From: Aquabacterium sp.
GTDB taxonomy: Bacteria; Pseudomonadota; Gammaproteobacteria; Burkholderiales; Burkholderiaceae_C
DNA length: 64,000 bases
Direction of reading: 5' to 3'
Assembly (NCBI RefSeq): GCF_049274795.1
Contig: NZ_JBASTH010000100.1
Location: 31,719 to 95,718 of the forward strand
Positions 61,172 to 64,000 of this stretch are shown in pieces (position 1 is the first letter of the stretch; the number at the start of each line of letters is the position of its first letter). The notes under the pieces were generated by a model. The model was not told the DNA's origin. It searched no databases and saw nothing but the letters and a program-made list of their open reading frames with translations. The translations under genes were made by a program, and so were the position numbers.

Positions 61172-62896
61172 ATGAACGCGTGCCTTATCGCGGCACTGGC
61201 TGCTTTGGCTTGCTTCGTGCCATCACATGGCTTCGCAGCCACTCCCCTCGATACCGGCGTACAGGAGCAGCAGCGGCAGCAACAACGCGATGAGTTGCTT
61301 CGCAAGCAGCAACAGCCCAGCCCTGACGTGCGGTTGCAAACGCCCGAACAGCCCAAGGCTTCTGATCGCATTCCGGCCAGTGAGACACCGTGCTTTCCGA
61401 TCCAGAGGATCGAACTGCAAGGCGACGAGGGGGGCCGCTTCCATTGGGCATTGGAGGCAGCAGGCCACGCCTCTGCGCACGATGCCGACCCCGTGATGGG
61501 CCGATGCCTGGGCGCCCAAGGCATCAACATTGTCATTGGCCGTGTTCAGAACGCCATCATCCAGCGCGGCTATGTCACCACACGCGTCATGGCGCCGCCG
61601 CAGAACCTGGCCGAAGGCACGCTGAAGCTCTCGGTGCTGCCGGGCCGCATCCGTGCCATTCGCCTCACGGCCGACTCGACCACGCAACGTGCCCGCCTGT
61701 GGAATGCCCTGCCCGTCCGTGCAGGCGATGTACTCAACCTGCGCGACGTCGAGCAGGGTCTAGAAAACTTCGAGCGCCTGCCTACCGCGCAAGCCAACAT
61801 CCAGATCGAGCCTGCCGATGGCCCCGATGCCAAGCCGGGCGAAAGCGATCTGGTCATCCGCTGGACGCAAGAGCGGTTCTTCCGCGTCACGGCTTCTGTG
61901 GACGACAGTGGCAGCAAAGCGACTGGCAAGTACCAGGGCAATTTCACCTTGTCTTACGACAACTGGTGGACGCTCAATGACCTGTTCTATGCCAGCGTGG
62001 GCCACGACCTGGGCGGCGGCGATCCCGGCAGCCGTGGCACCGACAGCCAGACCCTCCACTACTCCCTACCCTTCGGCTACTGGCTTCTGAGCTGGAACAC
62101 CAGCGACTCGTCCTACCATCAGGAAGTCGCGGGCACCAACCAGACGTACACCTACAGCGGCAAGACGAGCAACAGCGACATCCAACTTTCTCGCCTGTTC
62201 TACCGTGATGCCGTGAACAAGGCCACGCTTTCCATCGGAGGCTGGTTGCGCTCATCGAGCAACTACGTCGATGACACGGAAGTTTTGGTCCAGCGCCGCC
62301 AGATGGCGGGCTGGCAATTGGGCCTGTCGCATCGGGCCGCATGGCCCACGCTGACCCTCGATGCCAAAATGGCCTACCGGCACGGCACGGGTGCCATGGG
62401 AGCCATGCCCGCACCCGAGGAAGCAACCAGCGAAGGTACATCTCGCCCGAGGCTGGTGACAGCCAACCTGCAACTGGCCCGTCCCTTCAAGCTCAGAGAC
62501 ACAGCCTGGCGGTTCACGACCGCCCTGCGCGGGCAGTGGAACCAGACGCCGCTGGTGCCGCAAGACCGCTTTGCCATCGGTGGCCGCTACACCGTTCGCG
62601 GCTTCGATGGCGAATTGACCCTGGCCGCAGACCGAGGCTGGCTTATCCGCAATGACCTGGCCCTTGCCTTGGGCCGCAGCGCGAACGAGATGTACGTGGC
62701 CCTCGACCACGGACAGGTTGCGGGGCAGTCCGCCCAATACCTGTTGGGCAACAAGCTCACGGGTGCGGCCATCGGCCTGCGCGGCACCGTCCAGCGCGTC
62801 GGCTACGACCTGTTCTGGGGCTGGCCGCTCTACATGCCGCAGGGCTTCCAGACCGCGTCGTCCAGCGGCGGCTTCAGTCTGACTTGGTTTTATTGA
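61172..62896 (+). CDS. two-partner-secretion outer-membrane transporter (ShlB/FhaC/HecB family, TpsB/CdiB-like)
   Basis: It has a signal peptide (MNACLIAALAALACFVPSHGFA), a POTRA region (FPIQRIELQGDE...) and the conserved C-terminal barrel motifs FAIGGRYTVRGFDGE and GFSLTWFY. Confidence 0.85.
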   Translation: MNACLIAALAALACFVPSHGFAATPLDTGVQEQQRQQQRDELLRKQQQPSPDVRLQTPEQPKASDRIPASETPCFPIQRIELQGDEGGRFHWALEAAGHASAHDADPVMGRCLGAQGINIVIGRVQNAIIQRGYVTTRVMAPPQNLAEGTLKLSVLPGRIRAIRLTADSTTQRARLWNALPVRAGDVLNLRDVEQGLENFERLPTAQANIQIEPADGPDAKPGESDLVIRWTQERFFRVTASVDDSGSKATGKYQGNFTLSYDNWWTLNDLFYASVGHDLGGGDPGSRGTDSQTLHYSLPFGYWLLSWNTSDSSYHQEVAGTNQTYTYSGKTSNSDIQLSRLFYRDAVNKATLSIGGWLRSSSNYVDDTEVLVQRRQMAGWQLGLSHRAAWPTLTLDAKMAYRHGTGAMGAMPAPEEATSEGTSRPRLVTANLQLARPFKLRDTAWRFTTALRGQWNQTPLVPQDRFAIGGRYTVRGFDGELTLAADRGWLIRNDLALALGRSANEMYVALDHGQVAGQSAQYLLGNKLTGAAIGLRGTVQRVGYDLFWGWPLYMPQGFQTASSSGGFSLTWFY

Positions 62897-62910
62897 TAGG
62901 TAGTGGATCG

Positions 62911-62934
62911 GCATTGCCTTGAACAAGGCAATGC
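62911..62934. promoter_or_regulatory. perfect 10-bp palindrome between tpsB and tpsA
   Basis: The sequence is GCATTGCCTT-gaac-AAGGCAATGC. It lies 15 nt after the tpsB stop and about 50 nt before the tpsA ATG. No U-tract follows. It could be an RNA hairpin or a dimeric-protein operator. Confidence 0.4.
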
Positions 62935-62985
62935 GTGTGCTCGCGGGCACGTCATCAAGCAACACGTTCTCAAAGAGGTAGGGCA

Positions 62986-64000
62986 ATGAACAAGCATCGT
63001 CATCGCATCGTTTTCAACAAGGCCCGGGGCCTGTTCATCGCCGTCGCCGAATGTGCCAGCACAGTCCAACGGGGGCAAGCCGCCCAGGCCGCAGCGCCGG
63101 TTCAGTTGGCGCAAGACAGCAATCAAGGGCTGTCACATTCGAGTGACTTCAAGGCCTTGACCATTGGGCTGATGATGGCCTGGGGAGCGGTCGTGATCAT
63201 GGCGGCACCCCCTGCTCTGGCCCAAGTCGTGGCCGACCGCAATGCGCCATCCACGCAAAAGCCCACCGTGCTGAACGCGGCCAATGGCGTGACGCTGGTC
63301 AACATCCAGACCCCCAGCACGGCGGGCGTCTCGCGCAACACGTACAGCCAGTTCGATGTACCCAACACAGGAGTCATCCTCAACAACTCCGCAGGCAACT
63401 CGCAAACACAGTTGGGCGGCTGGGTCCAAGGCAATCCATGGCTGGCAGGCGGCAGCGCACGGGTCCTCCTCAACGAGGTCACCTCGGGCTCGCCCAGCCA
63501 GTTGAAGGGCTACATGGAAGTGGCCGGGCAGCGGGCCCAGGTGGTGGTGGCCAATCCTGCGGGCATTGCCTGTGACGGCTGCGGCTTCATCAATGCGAAC
63601 CGAGGCACCCTCACGACAGGCACGCCCATCATCAACAACGGCAATCTGGACGGTTACAGGGTCACGGGCGGCACCATCACGGTCCAGGGGGCGGGGCTGC
63701 AAGGCCAGACCACCGACTACACCGACCTCATCAGCCGGGCGCTCAAGGTCAATGCGGGCATTTGGGCCAATCAATTGCTGGTGACGACCGGCGTCAACCA
63801 GGTCAGCGCAGATCAATCCGCCATCACACCTTTGGGCGCGTCGCAGGTCACCGATGCCATGCCCGCATTTGCCATCGACACCGCTCAATTGGGCGGGATG
63901 TACGCGGGCAAGATCGTGCTGGTGGGCAGCGAGGCGGGCGTGGGCGTGAGAAACGTCGGGCAGATCAGCGCCACCTCGGGATCGCTCACGCTCACCAGCG
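62986..64000 (+). CDS. TpsA exoprotein (filamentous-haemagglutinin/CdiA-like), N-terminal part; continues past the window end
   Basis: It has an extended signal peptide region (MNKHRHRIVFNKARGLFIAVAE). The TPS domain shows VLNAANGVTLVNIQTPSTAGVSRNTYSQFDV, GVILNNS, ARVLLNEVTS and VVVANPAGIACDGCGFIN. It is absent from the ORF track because it is open at the window edge. Confidence 0.85.
   Translation, partial: MNKHRHRIVFNKARGLFIAVAECASTVQRGQAAQAAAPVQLAQDSNQGLSHSSDFKALTIGLMMAWGAVVIMAAPPALAQVVADRNAPSTQKPTVLNAANGVTLVNIQTPSTAGVSRNTYSQFDVPNTGVILNNSAGNSQTQLGGWVQGNPWLAGGSARVLLNEVTSGSPSQLKGYMEVAGQRAQVVVANPAGIACDGCGFINANRGTLTTGTPIINNGNLDGYRVTGGTITVQGAGLQGQTTDYTDLISRALKVNAGIWANQLLVTTGVNQVSADQSAITPLGASQVTDAMPAFAIDTAQLGGMYAGKIVLVGSEAGVGVRNVGQISATSGSLTLTS

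Larger units (their letters stand above)
48281..64000. mobile_element. genomic island inserted at a tRNA-Gly locus (left boundary in the window; right boundary not reached)
   Basis: By eye, GC content drops abruptly from the high 60s % to about 45-55 % starting at the tRNA remnant. Codon usage changes and the cargo is accessory: two-component systems, SOD, a Cro-like HTH and a TPS/CDI-like pair. GC rises again (about low 60s %) from ~61.1 kb. No integrase or second repeat copy was seen in the window, so the extent is provisional. Confidence 0.55.

Noticed and set aside
48307-64000. Integrase, transposase or conjugation genes that would define the island type
   Set aside because: None is visible in the window. 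The only mobile-element-flavoured gene is the Cro/YdaS-like HTH, so the island type (ICE, prophage remnant, integrative island) is left open.

Overview
This is a 64-kb high-GC chromosomal segment whose gene content looks like Burkholderiales/Comamonadaceae; that taxon is inferred, not verified. It has four parts. (1) 1-2.7 kb holds housekeeping-type genes: a partial Ser/Thr kinase, a Rieske oxygenase and ureD. (2) 2.8-18.7 kb is a minus-strand surface-protein region. It encodes a 2417-aa cadherin-repeat giant protein translationally coupled to a GGDEF cyclase, and an orphan periplasmic adaptor. Upstream of these lies an unusual three-gene operon: a GAF-HlyD fusion, a PqqD-like/M50/HlyD fusion and a truncated SecA-like ATPase. 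I rate this operon the best candidate for an undescribed export or processing machine. (3) 18.8-25.3 kb is core metabolism: a LuxR-type response regulator, nitronate monooxygenase, acyl-CoA dehydrogenase, etfBA and murI. (4) 25.4-48.1 kb is a type I secretion locus. Its cargo is a ~3057-aa protein built almost entirely from about 340 copies of an 8-residue Thr/Ser-rich repeat (consensus L-T-T-x-Q-V-x-A), organised into 648-bp super-repeats. The cargo gene sits beside lapEBC-like T1SS genes and six sugar-related genes: a GT41 OGT-like enzyme, a fucosyltransferase-like protein, a GT4-FkbM fusion, DUF5672, a GT-A-like protein and a DegT aminotransferase. At 48.19-48.31 kb a tRNA-Cys is followed by a truncated 3' remnant of a tRNA-Gly, exactly where GC content drops. 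This marks the edge of a horizontally acquired island that runs to the window end. The island carries two histidine-kinase modules, an acyl-ACP-reductase-like enzyme, a START-domain protein and a tightly packed redox-flavoured operon (Tat-lipoprotein Fe-SOD, c-haem DUF3365 protein, AurF-like di-iron protein and unknowns). It ends with a two-partner secretion pair (tpsB/tpsA, CDI-like). All calls come from reading translations and motifs by eye; no database search was possible.
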